DNA of 64,000 nucleotides from an uncultured virus (IMG/VR IMGVR_UViG_3300037147_000124) (lineage: Duplodnaviria; Heunggongvirae; Uroviricota; Caudoviricetes). Shown here piece after piece: positions 18,710 through 29,529 of this stretch. Numbering within the stretch: position 1 is the stretch's first letter; every line of letters begins with the position of its first letter. The stretch lies in the IMG/VR virus record IMGVR_UViG_3300037147_000124, positions 1 through 64,000 of that record, one strand, 5' to 3'. The position numbers were made by a program, and so were the translations under genes. A model generated the notes under the pieces. That model worked only from the letters and a program-made list of their open reading frames with translations, was not told the origin of the DNA and did no database searches.

Positions 18710-20316
18710 CAGCGTCTCCAGCCCTGTGCGGCTATCAGGGCATACTTCGTTCGCATCATCTCTTCTTGATCGCCGCCAGCCAGGCTTTCGGCGTACATGT
18801 ACAGGCCCGCTTCGGTGTTGCCCTTGCCCTCATGGAATCCCATGAAGACGCCGGCGCGTGGTGCACCGCGCGCAGTCAGCTCCTGCACCTGGATCTTGAC
18901 CGTGGATCCCTGGACCAGCTCTCGATGGTTCCAGATCCACTCCCGTTGCTGATCCGGTATGGCGAATGAGCCAACCTCACCGATCGCACCGTTCGCGGGG
19001 TTCTGGACTACCAGCTTGCCGACAGAATCGGCATACTTCCCGGAGCCGGGCAGAACTTCCACCAGCACCAGGTCAGCAAAGTCCACCTGCTTGACCTTGA
19101 ACCAGGTCTCGCCGGTGGGATCGCCGGCATCCTTGATCACGACGCCTTCGCCGAATGGCAGAGGCAGACGCACGATTGAGTTGTAGAACGCGACTGGGTC
19201 ATCACCTGCATCCATCTTCTGGACCATGTCCCAGTTCCGGTTGTAAAACCGGATCTCACGAACTACTTTCTCAGCCAGGGCCCGGCGTTGGGCATAGGGT
19301 AAACCGCTTACGTCACGTCCTTTGTATTTGACCAGGTCCCAGCAGTGGGCCTGCACGGGACCGCGCTGAAGCTGCACATCTTGTGCGCGTCCGGGAAGCG
19401 CGTTGAGAATTCCCGCAACACGATGCACGCCGTCTGGGTGGACAAGTTCAACCTTGCCGACAGTGCCGTCAAGATCGGGGTATGGCATGAGTTTGCGTGA
19501 GGACCAGTAGCGTGAGGTGTTGTGGAGATCTTCGAGTGCGGGAATTCGATCATAGTAGGTCTGACCACCCTCCCGGTGGCTGTGAAATACTGCCTTGCCC
19601 TTGCCGATCTTGAAGTTGCCGAGCGATCCATCTTCCTTCTGCTCGACAATCCAGCGCTCGCCGTTCGCATTGTCCAGGCGGACCTGATCCAGGAACGCCG
19701 CGGGCTTGAGCGAGTACGATGGCTTCTCGATCACCGGGCCTTCGTCTTTCAGCATCAGGGATAGAAATCCCTTGGCAGTCTTGACGATGGCGTAGCGGCC
19801 TTTGAAATCCCCGTTGGGGATGTTCAGCTCGAACTGCTCTGTTCCAGGCGGCAGGCCGGCAACTGCGAGGTCATAATGCAAGCCAGCAACGTCCGCGTCG
19901 TGGACGTGATATTCAACCCTTCGGAGCGATGTTTGTGCTCCGACTTTGACAGGTATTCGGCCAGTAAAGAGAAGGCTCTTTCTTCCCTTACCGTAGCCGG
20001 ACTCGATGACTCCATTGAATCCCTCCAGGGTATGCGGGCCATTCTCGATGACCAGGTGGCGCTCGCCGGCCTTGGGCAGGCCCTTGGGCAGCGTGTACTT
20101 GGCGCCGGCCTCTGGGGGCCTAACACCGCCCAGAATACCGCCATCGACCGTACGGGCTGCCCAGAGGTTGCTGGTGGCCCATCGGCTGGCCTCCCGGCCC
20201 AGCGTGCGCGTAACGACGCGGCTGGTGCCCGGGAGCACGACAGCGCTCAGAAGATCAAGCGCATTCTCTTTGCCCCACAGAATCGCCGCGCGGGTGAGTG
20301 TTCGTACGAATCCCAT
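18709..20316 (-). CDS. ATP-dependent DNA ligase with N-terminal LigD phosphoesterase-like domain
   Basis: Ligase motifs EQKEDG, WDLV, GEGVVIK, WFKVK and an OB domain; PE-like HDA...LHYD and LPKG...H...FNGVIESGYGKG. Confidence 0.85.
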   Translation of the reverse strand: MGFVRTLTRAAILWGKENALDLLSAVVLPGTSRVVTRTLGREASRWATSNLWAARTVDGGILGGVRPPEAGAKYTLPKGLPKAGERHLVIENGPHTLEGFNGVIESGYGKGRKSLLFTGRIPVKVGAQTSLRRVEYHVHDADVAGLHYDLAVAGLPPGTEQFELNIPNGDFKGRYAIVKTAKGFLSLMLKDEGPVIEKPSYSLKPAAFLDQVRLDNANGERWIVEQKEDGSLGNFKIGKGKAVFHSHREGGQTYYDRIPALEDLHNTSRYWSSRKLMPYPDLDGTVGKVELVHPDGVHRVAGILNALPGRAQDVQLQRGPVQAHCWDLVKYKGRDVSGLPYAQRRALAEKVVREIRFYNRNWDMVQKMDAGDDPVAFYNSIVRLPLPFGEGVVIKDAGDPTGETWFKVKQVDFADLVLVEVLPGSGKYADSVGKLVVQNPANGAIGEVGSFAIPDQQREWIWNHRELVQGSTVKIQVQELTARGAPRAGVFMGFHEGKGNTEAGLYMYAESLAGGDQEEMMRTKYALIAAQGWRR

Positions 20317-20504
20317 GCGGTCCTCCTTCTGGGTGCTTTCGTTCCAAAGTGGAACGATTCTGACAACGTCGGAAGACTTTGCCGATCTCGGAGCGCAGCA
20401 CGCTCCAGCTCATCTGGCGTAGCCGACGACGGTATGAATGTCTATGAATCATGTCTGCTTTCTGGTTGTGCGGAGGCCGCCTCTCGACGGCCTCCACGGG
20501 TGGA

Positions 20505-20894
20505 TTACAGAGCGTCGAGCATCTTCTGGAGGTCCGCCAGAGACGTACCCTTCAGCTCTTCGTTCTGCTTGTCTGCGATCAGCGCCATGATCTGCTGCTT
20601 CTTCGCGCGAGTGTCGGCTGCCTTGGCTGCCTGCTCGGCTTCGGCCTTGCGTACGCCAATGACGTGCTTGACGATGTCGAACTTGAGCTGCGTGACCTCG
20701 TCGGTCTTCGGCGTGTCGATCACGAAGCTCTCGGTGTCGGTGTCCTTGATCTGACGGTTCAAGCTCTTGGCGATGTTGTCCAGGCTGGCGCCGCCGTTGC
20801 GCACGGTGAGCGGTAGCGGCCAGAGATCCTCAACGGTGAGGAGACCCTTGGGCGAATCGAAACGGATTGCGAGGCGGGATGCTTTCTCGAACAT
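20505..20894 (-). CDS. phage hypothetical protein
   Basis: Start MFEKASRLAIRFDSPKGLLTVEDLW; coiled-coil C-terminus; AGGAGG RBS. Confidence 0.8.
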   Translation of the reverse strand: MFEKASRLAIRFDSPKGLLTVEDLWPLPLTVRNGGASLDNIAKSLNRQIKDTDTESFVIDTPKTDEVTQLKFDIVKHVIGVRKAEAEQAAKAADTRAKKQQIMALIADKQNEELKGTSLADLQKMLDAL

Positions 20895-21068
20895 GTGATT
20901 GCGCCCTCCTGAGGCGCGGGTTAGTAATCCAAACGACGATGTTCCAAAGCAGCAAGTTTGCGGTCTAGCTTGGACAGCAGCCGACGAACATGCCTTCGGA
21001 TCGTTGAGGTAGTTGAGATCTCCTTGTCGAGCAGCGCACGCCGATGGCGCGCTGCCCGAGTCAGAGCC

Positions 21069-23102
21069 TTAGAAGTTGATCTTGACGACACGGTTGAAGC
21101 TCCCCTTCACCCGGCACAGCAGTGAGTTGCGTTGGGTCGATGAGAATCCCAGCCCGCTGAGTTGGTTGGTCGACTCCTCGGTCTTCATCTTGGTGCCGAC
21201 CATCTCGAACACCTTGCGGTGTTCGTCGAGAGCCTGCGTCAGGAACTCGTTGAAGAAGCCACGAGCCTTGCCGTCGTTGAGGCAGCGATCGAGCATGAAG
21301 AAGTAGTGCAAGTTGCCATTCTTCTGCAGATCCCAGCAGTTGGGCGAGAGCATGACGACGTTGACCTTCTGGAAGGTCTGAGTCGGCAGGCCCCACACCT
21401 CCTTGCTGGCCTGGGTGGACGGCAGCGAGCTGATGATCTCGAACGAGCCATCGAGCGCGCATTGGATACGGGCCACTTCGATGGTTGCTCCCGTGGGAAC
21501 GACCTTCTCGTAGACCATGTGGTGGATCTTGCCGCCGAACTCGACCTCGACTTCGAAGCCAACGCCGGAGCTGCGTCGACTGTAGTTGTGAACCTTCAGG
21601 ACGTAGATACCCGACTTCATGGTGCGACGGTTGGCATAGAAGATGTTCTCGACCGGATGAGGTACCATCCCATCGGCGCCGTTGGCGTCAACGTCCAGCA
21701 TGCCGCCGGACGGGGAAAGCGACCGGCGATTCTGGAACATGATCTCGTAGGTACTGCCGCGGCCCTTGAAGCCAGTAACTGGCTCTTCCATGTGGAAGTC
21801 CAGATCATCGGTGTACTCCCATGCCAGACGGCAGCAGAGATCACCGGTGATGCTTCCACCAGCCTTCTTCACACGTTCCTTGATGGAGTCAGCCATCTCT
21901 CCTGCATACGACCAGGAGAAGTTGTTGCCCCACTTGAACATGTTCTTCGCGCCGGGATCAACCGGAGCGATCAGGCTGACCAGGTTCGAGGCATGCCCGT
22001 TCTCGAACATAACCTCGAGCGAGTCCGCCTTGGGCAGGATCTTCTCCAGAAAGTCGACGATGCTGACTTCCTCGACGCGATCCAGGTTCTGGGCCTTGAC
22101 CACAACCCGGTCGGACAGCTCGTCGAAGACATTCATGGCCCTACGGGCCGTGCGGTCGGCGAACAGGATGTTGTTGATGGTGATGTCAGGCAGTGCAGCA
22201 TAGCGACGCTCCAGAGCTGAGGTGAACCCCATCTCTTCGATCGTCTCCTGCGCTTTCTTGATCTGGGCCTTGGTGACCAGAGCAGTCGGCCGCTTGTAGT
22301 TGGCCGGCGCCACCTTGGACTCGAAGCCCTTGACGGCGTAATCGAGATCCTTGCCTTCCGACAGGTCAACCAGCAGCGTGCCGATGACTGTCCCGCGGAT
22401 CTTCGTAACCGCGGCCGCGGTGGAGCGCGAGCGCTGCCAGGCGAAAAGGTCCTGATCCTGTGACAGATGCTGAAGTCCGGCAAACTGCCGCTTCAGCTTG
22501 AGGAAGGATTCGAGGACGAAGGTATGTTCCTCGCCACGATAGAGCGAGTTCTGGCCGATCAATTCCAGCACGGTGTTGATAGAGTCTTCGGTGATCTCCT
22601 TGAGTCCGCGGAGGAATACGTCATGCGTGGTGCGCGCCTCGTTGGAACGCGGCCCGATGGCCTCACCGTTGACCACAACATCTGCGGGCAGGGACAGATG
22701 GAAATGCTGCCAGGTGGTGACACCTTCAAGCACGGCAGCGAAGCTCTTCTCGGTGCCGACTGTCTTCTCGGTTGCCAGGAAGATGTTGTCGATCGGCAGG
22801 CCGTGAACGATCGCGGCAAGCGCATCGACCACAGGCTGATAGCCGTCGCCAACCGCGATGTCCCACAAGCTGACGAGGCTGCCGTTGACGATGCTGACCA
22901 TGCCGCCGACAGCGCGGATGAAGCTCTTGCAGCAGTTACAATCGTGCTGCGTGCGCTCCTTGTAGATGGGATCCATGCCAGCCGGGAAGCTGGCGAGATA
23001 GGTTGCCCAGAAGGCATCCTTGTCGATCTCGACACGGTATAACCCGTTTGCCTTCATGATCTCGAATTGCTTGGCGACTGCGATCTTGAGTGTACTGAAC
23101 AC
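21069..23102 (-). CDS. large phage protein with YfaP/DUF2135-like C-terminal domain
   Basis: HDCNCC near the N-terminus; DLDFH...LDVDAN...VENIFY; GTG start after AGGAGG. Confidence 0.8.
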   Translation of the reverse strand: MFSTLKIAVAKQFEIMKANGLYRVEIDKDAFWATYLASFPAGMDPIYKERTQHDCNCCKSFIRAVGGMVSIVNGSLVSLWDIAVGDGYQPVVDALAAIVHGLPIDNIFLATEKTVGTEKSFAAVLEGVTTWQHFHLSLPADVVVNGEAIGPRSNEARTTHDVFLRGLKEITEDSINTVLELIGQNSLYRGEEHTFVLESFLKLKRQFAGLQHLSQDQDLFAWQRSRSTAAAVTKIRGTVIGTLLVDLSEGKDLDYAVKGFESKVAPANYKRPTALVTKAQIKKAQETIEEMGFTSALERRYAALPDITINNILFADRTARRAMNVFDELSDRVVVKAQNLDRVEEVSIVDFLEKILPKADSLEVMFENGHASNLVSLIAPVDPGAKNMFKWGNNFSWSYAGEMADSIKERVKKAGGSITGDLCCRLAWEYTDDLDFHMEEPVTGFKGRGSTYEIMFQNRRSLSPSGGMLDVDANGADGMVPHPVENIFYANRRTMKSGIYVLKVHNYSRRSSGVGFEVEVEFGGKIHHMVYEKVVPTGATIEVARIQCALDGSFEIISSLPSTQASKEVWGLPTQTFQKVNVVMLSPNCWDLQKNGNLHYFFMLDRCLNDGKARGFFNEFLTQALDEHRKVFEMVGTKMKTEESTNQLSGLGFSSTQRNSLLCRVKGSFNRVVKINF

Positions 23103-23133
23103 GGATGATCCTCCTTGGATCAGTTGCGACTGG

Positions 23134-23328
23134 TTATGGCTCGAGAGCGAACATGAAGCGCTGGGAGTTCTGGTCCACGTTCCACTTGTTGACCAGCTGG
23201 TACGCTTCCAGGATCGGCATGCCACTCATGGTGGACATGCCGACTTCTCTGAAGTGAGATTCATCGAATGGCAGCCGTTCCACAGAATCGGTGGCCAGAA
23301 GCTTTCGCAGATAGTGAGTGAATCGCAT
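23134..23328 (-). CDS. hypothetical protein
   Basis: TAATG coupling. Confidence 0.6.
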   Translation of the reverse strand: MRFTHYLRKLLATDSVERLPFDESHFREVGMSTMSGMPILEAYQLVNKWNVDQNSQRFMFALEP

Positions 23329-23867
23329 TAGACTCGGTCCTCGAACATGCTGTCGAACGTGCCGCTCCCGAATTCAACATCGGTAGCCAGCTGGTGCAGC
23401 TCATCGGCCGTGAATGGACGGAATGTAGGTGCTGCCGGCCGCGCGACGGTGAAGCTCTTGTCCTGAATGGCGGCGTTCCTACCGCGCTGAGAAACCAGCA
23501 CGCTGGGTACGCTAACCACACCACCGCCGATCAGTCTGCCGTTCATACGGAAGGTGACGTAGCGGATGTTGGTGTCAGCCAAGTTGGTGTGAACTCGCAG
23601 GCCTACCACGCTGCGCGGGAAAGCCTTGCAATCGTAATCCCGCTCCCAGCCGTTGGAAATGCGACGGCGGACCCGGCGGACCCAGGAATCGGCTCCGCGA
23701 ATCTCGCGAGTGAACACGTCCTTGGATCGTGGTAAGAACGATGCTGAGTTGGATGTTGCCACAGCGAGCGGGGCGTTGGCAGCCCAGAGTTGATCGATGA
23801 TGTCGGGAGTGATCCACTCACGAATGGCGCCTCGAACGGCGTCAGAGATTCCTTTGCCTTGGCTCAT
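23328..23867 (-). CDS. hypothetical protein
   Basis: Start MSQGKG after GGAGG. Confidence 0.6.
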   Translation of the reverse strand: MSQGKGISDAVRGAIREWITPDIIDQLWAANAPLAVATSNSASFLPRSKDVFTREIRGADSWVRRVRRRISNGWERDYDCKAFPRSVVGLRVHTNLADTNIRYVTFRMNGRLIGGGVVSVPSVLVSQRGRNAAIQDKSFTVARPAAPTFRPFTADELHQLATDVEFGSGTFDSMFEDRV

Positions 23868-24346
23868 GCTGCTTTCACCTCCGGGTGAATTCCTGTGGGC
23901 TTGGACGGCGTAATCAAATACATCCAGCCTCCGATCTTCGAGGTAGGCCGGTAATGCTTGGAACCGAAGGTGTCCAGCACAAACCACTGGCCAACACCCT
24001 TCGCATCGTGGCCGCCGACCATCCACCCGGCGACGACAATGTCGTCGCCCGTGTACCAGATCCAGGCTAGCCGGTCCGGCATCGATGGCTTGAGCGGGCT
24101 TTGCAGGATGACATCGACCAGGCCCGCCTGGCGCTTGAATTCCTGCAGCTCCTGCTGATCGCAGTGATAACAGCCACGCTGAGGTACCGCGCTGGCCGTG
24201 GTGTAGTGGTGATCGGCGCTGTGCTCGCAGCCGTTGGTCCGGCCCAGCTCCTGGAGTTCATTCATGACGCGGCTGCGATTGGTATCGAGCCCGCGGTACT
24301 CAAGGCGCTTCGCCTCGGACTGTTGATTCACTTCCGTCCAGTTCAT
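23864..24346 (-). CDS. hypothetical protein
   Basis: AAGGA RBS. Confidence 0.65.
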   Translation of the reverse strand: MNWTEVNQQSEAKRLEYRGLDTNRSRVMNELQELGRTNGCEHSADHHYTTASAVPQRGCYHCDQQELQEFKRQAGLVDVILQSPLKPSMPDRLAWIWYTGDDIVVAGWMVGGHDAKGVGQWFVLDTFGSKHYRPTSKIGGWMYLITPSKPTGIHPEVKAA

Positions 24347-24646
24347 GATTTCCTTCCTTGGTTCAATTCGAGGAGCTAGGGCACCCTTTGCACAAGGCGC
24401 CCGAGAGGGTTGAGCCGATCACGGATCTCCGCTTCGTGGCTGTCTCTCTTGTCGCTCCAACACGGCCTGACATCTACGCGCATGCGCTATGCGCTCCGCC
24501 GACCGTGCATTCTCAATCTCGCGGCAGGGCTGGTTTTCACCAGCCCCACCTTGATGTCTGAAGACCCCGGGCAGTCCACGATCGGGATAGTTGTCCGGCA
24601 CTCAATGTCCGGACTCCCTACGGTGAAGACTGTGGTTCCCTTCGCT

Positions 24647-25114
24647 TCAGACTGCCGTGTTTATGGGCGTCTCGTTGAGCTGTTTTCGTGCCAGGGCAAC
24701 CACAGCACGATACAGCGCATACTTCTCGTTGCAAGTCATGACCATGAGGCTGTGAGCTACCTTGCCTCGGGCGTACTCGGTGTCCTGTACCTCAGCCATA
24801 ACGTCCGAGTCGTCGAACCAGAAGCGTTCGGACGGCAACGGGGGCAGGATACTCGCCGAAGGACTGGGCTGCAGCTTCCTGATCGCCTCGTCGTATCCCT
24901 CAAGCCGGGCAACACGTTGTCCGTTCTCGGAATCGGTGACCAGGGCTGTGAATTCTTCCAGACTGATGAGCTTCGCTTCGAACAGCTCGTGCCGCTGGTA
25001 GCGAACGAGGTCAGTCAGGCGCTGGGTCTGTTGCGCGAGATGCTCGATCGCGATGCCCATGTCCATACGCGGAGCCGTCTTCCACTCCTTTGCTAGCTGC
25101 AGATACTTGTCCAA
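24647..25114 (-). CDS. hypothetical protein
   Basis: ORF with phage-typical codon usage. Confidence 0.65.
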   Translation of the reverse strand: MDKYLQLAKEWKTAPRMDMGIAIEHLAQQTQRLTDLVRYQRHELFEAKLISLEEFTALVTDSENGQRVARLEGYDEAIRKLQPSPSASILPPLPSERFWFDDSDVMAEVQDTEYARGKVAHSLMVMTCNEKYALYRAVVALARKQLNETPINTAV

Positions 25115-25315
25115 TTGGGTCGCCCTTTCAGTTGAGTGCCTGGTATACGAGGCAGAAGCCTGTGCGGCAGACCAACTGCCTCGTATATCAGGTCGTGTGC
25201 TTGGAGGTCCTGAGACATCTGCGCACCAGGATGGAAGCCGCGCGTCTCGATCAGGACAGGTTGGGCGGGTGACTCCAAGCTGTGATCACCATATCGGTTG
25301 GCCGAAGCCAATCGA

Positions 25316-25333
25316 ATAAGGTGAAACTACTAG
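25316..25333 (-). promoter_or_regulatory. class I motif copy (CTAGTAGTTTCACCTTAT)
   Basis: recurring motif. Confidence 0.65.
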
Positions 25334-25573
25334 ACCCGTTGGAGATAGGAGTCACGAATCTCGTCGAGGGTGAACATGGTGCCACACCCTGTCTCGTCAT
25401 CCCCACACACGAAGGGTGGAAAGAACTTCGCCGCACGCAGGTCAGTCATGTCGTCGAATCCGCATGCAGGGCATTGGAGCGTGTATTCGTAGGACTTCAG
25501 TTCCCGGCCGTCTTCCGGCGCGGGATAGACCATATTGAGGTCCTGGTTGTAGATCAGCTTGGCCATGATGTCC

Positions 25574-25819
25574 TTACGCTGCTGCTGCTGCTGGTGGTTG
25601 AGCGGCAAACAGCGGCCGCCGGGTGGTAATAAGCTCTGCCTTCAGGGCGCGGGAGCGCTTGACTTCAAAGTCAGCAGCTTCGTCACCCTTCAGCAAGATC
25701 GTCGTGGTGGGCGTGCCCACTCTTACAGTGTCCGGCGATCGAGCGATGTGCGAGCACATGTCCAGGTTGATGTCGACGTCGTGGCCATCGCTGCGACGCA
25801 CCGTGATCCAGTTAGCCAT
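25574..25819 (-). CDS. hypothetical protein
   Basis: GAGGAGG RBS. Confidence 0.6.
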   Translation of the reverse strand: MANWITVRRSDGHDVDINLDMCSHIARSPDTVRVGTPTTTILLKGDEAADFEVKRSRALKAELITTRRPLFAAQPPAAAAA

Positions 25820-25829
25820 GCAGGCCTCC

Positions 25830-26051
25830 TCAGGCTTTCAGCTCGGCCTTCAGCTCTGGCACCTTGGCCAGCTCCGCAGGGTCATTGGTCGCCAGCGTTC
25901 CAGCTGACTCCCAGGTGGACTTGTAGTTCTGGCTGGATTTCACCAGCAAGTGGATGCTGTCAGAACTGACCGCCAGCGAGCCCAGCCGCTGATTCGCATC
26001 GTTAGCGATCAGTTGCTTGATCTCGCGTTCGGTGTAGGTGATGGTGACCAC
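25830..26051 (-). CDS. hypothetical protein
   Basis: GAGGAG RBS; GTG start. Confidence 0.65.
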   Translation of the reverse strand: MVTITYTEREIKQLIANDANQRLGSLAVSSDSIHLLVKSSQNYKSTWESAGTLATNDPAELAKVPELKAELKA

Positions 26052-26061
26052 GGTGTTCTCC

Positions 26062-26469
26062 TCATGCCGCCATTGGCATGTCTGTCGATTGTTCGGACTT
26101 GGCTTGCTTCCAGCAATGCAGGAAGCCGCCCTCGTGTTCGCCGGTCTTCATGTCGATGGCAAAGATGCCCATGAAGATGAGAGCCTCCAGCGCGAAGCTA
26201 GACATGAAGGCGAAGCTGATGCCACTGAGCACGCCGATAACGGTGCGCACCCAGGGGGTTTTGATCGGCCTGGTGATCCAGACCAAGAGCCACACGATAA
26301 GCAGGGCAGGCAGTACCGAGGCTGTCAGGAGTAAAACTAGCAGTTCCGTGACGCTCTTCGATATAAGCCAAACCACTGACTTCTTCATGTAGCGCTTCCG
26401 ATTGCGCCAGTACAGCCAGCCGCCGGCGAAGGCCAGCACGGCAGCCCAGAAGGCGATGACTGTTTTCAT
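26062..26469 (-). CDS. multi-pass membrane protein
   Basis: About three hydrophobic segments. Confidence 0.65.
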   Translation of the reverse strand: MKTVIAFWAAVLAFAGGWLYWRNRKRYMKKSVVWLISKSVTELLVLLLTASVLPALLIVWLLVWITRPIKTPWVRTVIGVLSGISFAFMSSFALEALIFMGIFAIDMKTGEHEGGFLHCWKQAKSEQSTDMPMAA

Positions 26470-26754
26470 GCCGCGACCTTCATAGTTTTCTCGTAGGCAC
26501 GCACCCTCAGGCTGGTGGCCACAGACTGGATGCCAGCTGAGAACAGATTGACCAGGCCGGCCAGGATCTGCACGCTGAGCAAGCCCACGATAACGACGCC
26601 GATCCAGAACAGGACGGTTTTCATACGTTCTCCGGGTTGGGGAAAGGGATGAGGACGCCGAGCACCTGCTTGCGCAGGCTCACGGACATCCTGAGAGAGA
26701 TGCACACGGCGGCGCCGAGTGCAATGATGAGGGTGAACAGGAAGATGAAGGCTT

Positions 26755-27099
26755 TCAAGGGATAATGAATGTTCCTGCACGATACTCGGCATGCAGCACA
26801 GCGATGATATCGCCGTGGCACTCGTGCATCGGCCTGCAAAAGCAGCCCAGCACGTCAGTCTCCCGAAGCGTCTTCAGCTTGGCCAGGAACTTGGTGCGGA
26901 CTGCAGGTGGGATGACATGATCCCACGTAGTGCTCCCGCGTGCCCAGTTCTCGCAATAGGACACAGCGTCAGCAACGCAAAGGACCTGGACGTAGGCCTT
27001 AGTCTTGGACAGGGGCAGATGGGTGAACGGATTGCCCATGTCGGAGCCACGACCGATGTAGACGGTGGATGGCTCACGTTTGCAGTGGACTACTTGCAT
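26755..27099 (-). CDS. DUF4326 family protein
   Basis: VVHCK...VYIGRGS..GNPF...LGCFC.P...CHGD. Confidence 0.85.
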   Translation of the reverse strand: MQVVHCKREPSTVYIGRGSDMGNPFTHLPLSKTKAYVQVLCVADAVSYCENWARGSTTWDHVIPPAVRTKFLAKLKTLRETDVLGCFCRPMHECHGDIIAVLHAEYRAGTFIIP

Positions 27100-27402
27100 A
27101 GGTTCTCCTTCCGCTTGCACTTTGGACACTGACAGTTCGTTGGATGAATCTTGCGCATGACTCTCCTACTGCAGGTACAGCCGAATGGCTGATCGCTTGA
27201 CTACTGAATCCGTGGGCTCATTGAGCAACTTGAATGCGATCTCTGCGTCTTTGGCGAGATCAAACGTGGCGATGGACGTGGTGACGGCGGGAACATTCCG
27301 GCCCGTGATGATGAACGTGGTGATGAGCAACTGAAACATGTGGTTCTCCAGATGGGCCCTGCTCGCACCACCTGATGCGAGCAGGTTATTCAGGGATGCG
27401 GA

Positions 27403-27618
27403 CTACGCTGCTTGAGCGGTGTCCGCTGCAGGCTTCGACGCGAACAGCGAGGTCAGATACTGACCGAACTTGGCCGCGGTGGCCTTGGCTTTGGTGGGGA
27501 TGGCCTTGAACATGGCCAGGTCAGACTTCTTGCCTTCGTCCTTGCGAACGAAGAGGTAGATGCCGCCCGTGAGAACAACTGCGAGGACCAGCGTGATGAA
27601 TCCGAAGATCAGTTTCAT
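27403..27618 (-). CDS. single-pass membrane protein
   Basis: N-terminal TM segment; AGGAG RBS. Confidence 0.7.
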   Translation of the reverse strand: MKLIFGFITLVLAVVLTGGIYLFVRKDEGKKSDLAMFKAIPTKAKATAAKFGQYLTSLFASKPAADTAQAA

Positions 27619-27806
27619 GGTGATGCTCCTGGTGTTGGATTTGTGGTGCTAAGCCGCGCGCTGTTTGCGCCCCGGGTGACGAAACGTGCAAAGTAATTCG
27701 TAGGTGGTGTATCCAAAGAACAGGATGCAGAAGCAGGCAGCGATGAACTGCGCCAGTCTGACCGTCCCAATGAAGATCAGGCCGAGAATGGCCAGGATCG
27801 TTAGTT

Positions 27807-28154
27807 TCATGCCGCTCCTCTCAGAATGGTCTTGGTGTGCTCCTTGCTGATCTTCCGCTGGCGTAGCGGCAGATACGCAAACAACATGGCCACATTGAAG
27901 ATGGTGTTGCCCAGTGCGAAGATCACAGCGTTGGCTGAGGTGATGCCGTGGATCGCAAAGTTGATGGCCTCCAGCCCGAGCAGGCTGAGGCTCTTGTTCT
28001 TGTTCATCCAGGCGAGGGTCTGCTCCTTGCGCTTAGTGGGAACGAACCGTTTGAGGATCGGGATCTTGTCGATCTTGAGAAAGGCCGACCAGGCGAAGGC
28101 TCCGACGCCGACGCCGGCGATGGCAGAGCCTGAGTTGGATGGAGTGAGGATCAT
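27807..28154 (-). CDS. membrane protein
   Basis: AGGAGG RBS; hydrophobic segments. Confidence 0.65.
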   Translation of the reverse strand: MILTPSNSGSAIAGVGVGAFAWSAFLKIDKIPILKRFVPTKRKEQTLAWMNKNKSLSLLGLEAINFAIHGITSANAVIFALGNTIFNVAMLFAYLPLRQRKISKEHTKTILRGAA

Positions 28155-29028
28155 GCAGCCACCTGCTTGCTTGGGATCCAGCTGGCACGCAAGCGTGCCT
28201 TCCGTTCCCTGTACTTGGTCTTGGCATAGCTGACCAGCCACTCGCCGGTATAGAACCCGACGACGTAGCAGATGCCCCAGGCAAAGCCCAGGCCCATGAA
28301 GTACAGAATTGCGAGGACTTTACTCATCATGCGGGTGTCGCCTCCTGACGTTTGCGTTCTTCGTAGCGGTTCATCTCGCCACGCGTTTTGAACCAGAGAC
28401 TGGCTCGTTCACCGTTGACCATGCAGATCTGGGTGTGCTCGAGCATCTTGACGATGAACTCGGCGCGCCAGACCAGCCAGAGCAGGACAGCGCCTGCAGC
28501 CAGCGCACATGCAGCCATGATCTTGGTCATGACGCATCCTCCTGAAGCTGGCGATCGAAGTAACTATCGATCCAGCCAGCCACAATGGAGGTGATTTTCA
28601 GAGTCGTCCAGTAGATGACGTAGATCACACATCCTACCGGCAGCGCGATCATGCAATAGAGCCTGAGGAAGTCGATCATGTGAACAACCTCACGGTCGAG
28701 CTAATCGGTTTCTGGCCAGGCCAGCGCTTGCGGATGGCGATGAGTGCCAGGTGCTCGAACGCCTTCGAGTTCACCAGCCAGCGTGAGCACGAGACCGTCC
28801 AGCTTGCCACGCGTGCCTGCCACTTGGTGGCCGAGCCCGCTTGCCTGCGCAGCCGTTCATCCACGATCGGGATGTGATGTTGAGCACCACCTGCACCGTA
28901 GATCAAGATCTCCCGGTCCCGTTTGGGATTGTGAGACTTGCGACGGAGCAGGATGGCGCTCCAGAAGCCGACCTCATACGAAGGGATCAGCCATAGCAGC
29001 CAGAGTGGCATAAGCCCTCCTTTCAGGC

Positions 29029-29505
29029 CTAGTGAAGCGGTGTGTGGGTCAGGATGTGAACCATCCAGCTGTGGCTGGCGCTGATGACGCCTGAAGCCAT
29101 ACCGATGATGGTCAGGAACAGACCACCACCAATTAGCGTGCCCAGGATCTTGAGACCCGGGGACATGGGCCTGGCGGAGATGGTGAGAGCGTGCAGCTCC
29201 GCGAGCGCGGGCGCCTGCGCCTCCACCTCTGCACGGGTAACCCCGTACTTGGTGCAATACTTGTCGATGCGTTCGAAGGCCTTCTTCTCCAGCTCCGCGA
29301 ATACGGGATTGCCGGCGGCCTTGCCCTTGGCCTTGTGACCGTTGGCGGTCTCGATGATCTTGGCCAGCTCGGCCTCGAGAGACTCCTTGGCGTTGTTCTG
29401 ACGCCAGCCTTTGAGACTGGTGCCAATACCACGCACGCTCAGCTTGAGCTTGCCGGACAGCTTGTCGCCCCAGTATGTGGGCTCAACGTAGGTGTTTTCT
29501 GCCAT
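29029..29505 (-). CDS. protein with C-terminal TM segment
   Basis: AAGGAG RBS. Confidence 0.7.
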   Translation of the reverse strand: MAENTYVEPTYWGDKLSGKLKLSVRGIGTSLKGWRQNNAKESLEAELAKIIETANGHKAKGKAAGNPVFAELEKKAFERIDKYCTKYGVTRAEVEAQAPALAELHALTISARPMSPGLKILGTLIGGGLFLTIIGMASGVISASHSWMVHILTHTPLH

Positions 29506-29529
29506 GAGAATATCTCCTTGTTCCAAACT

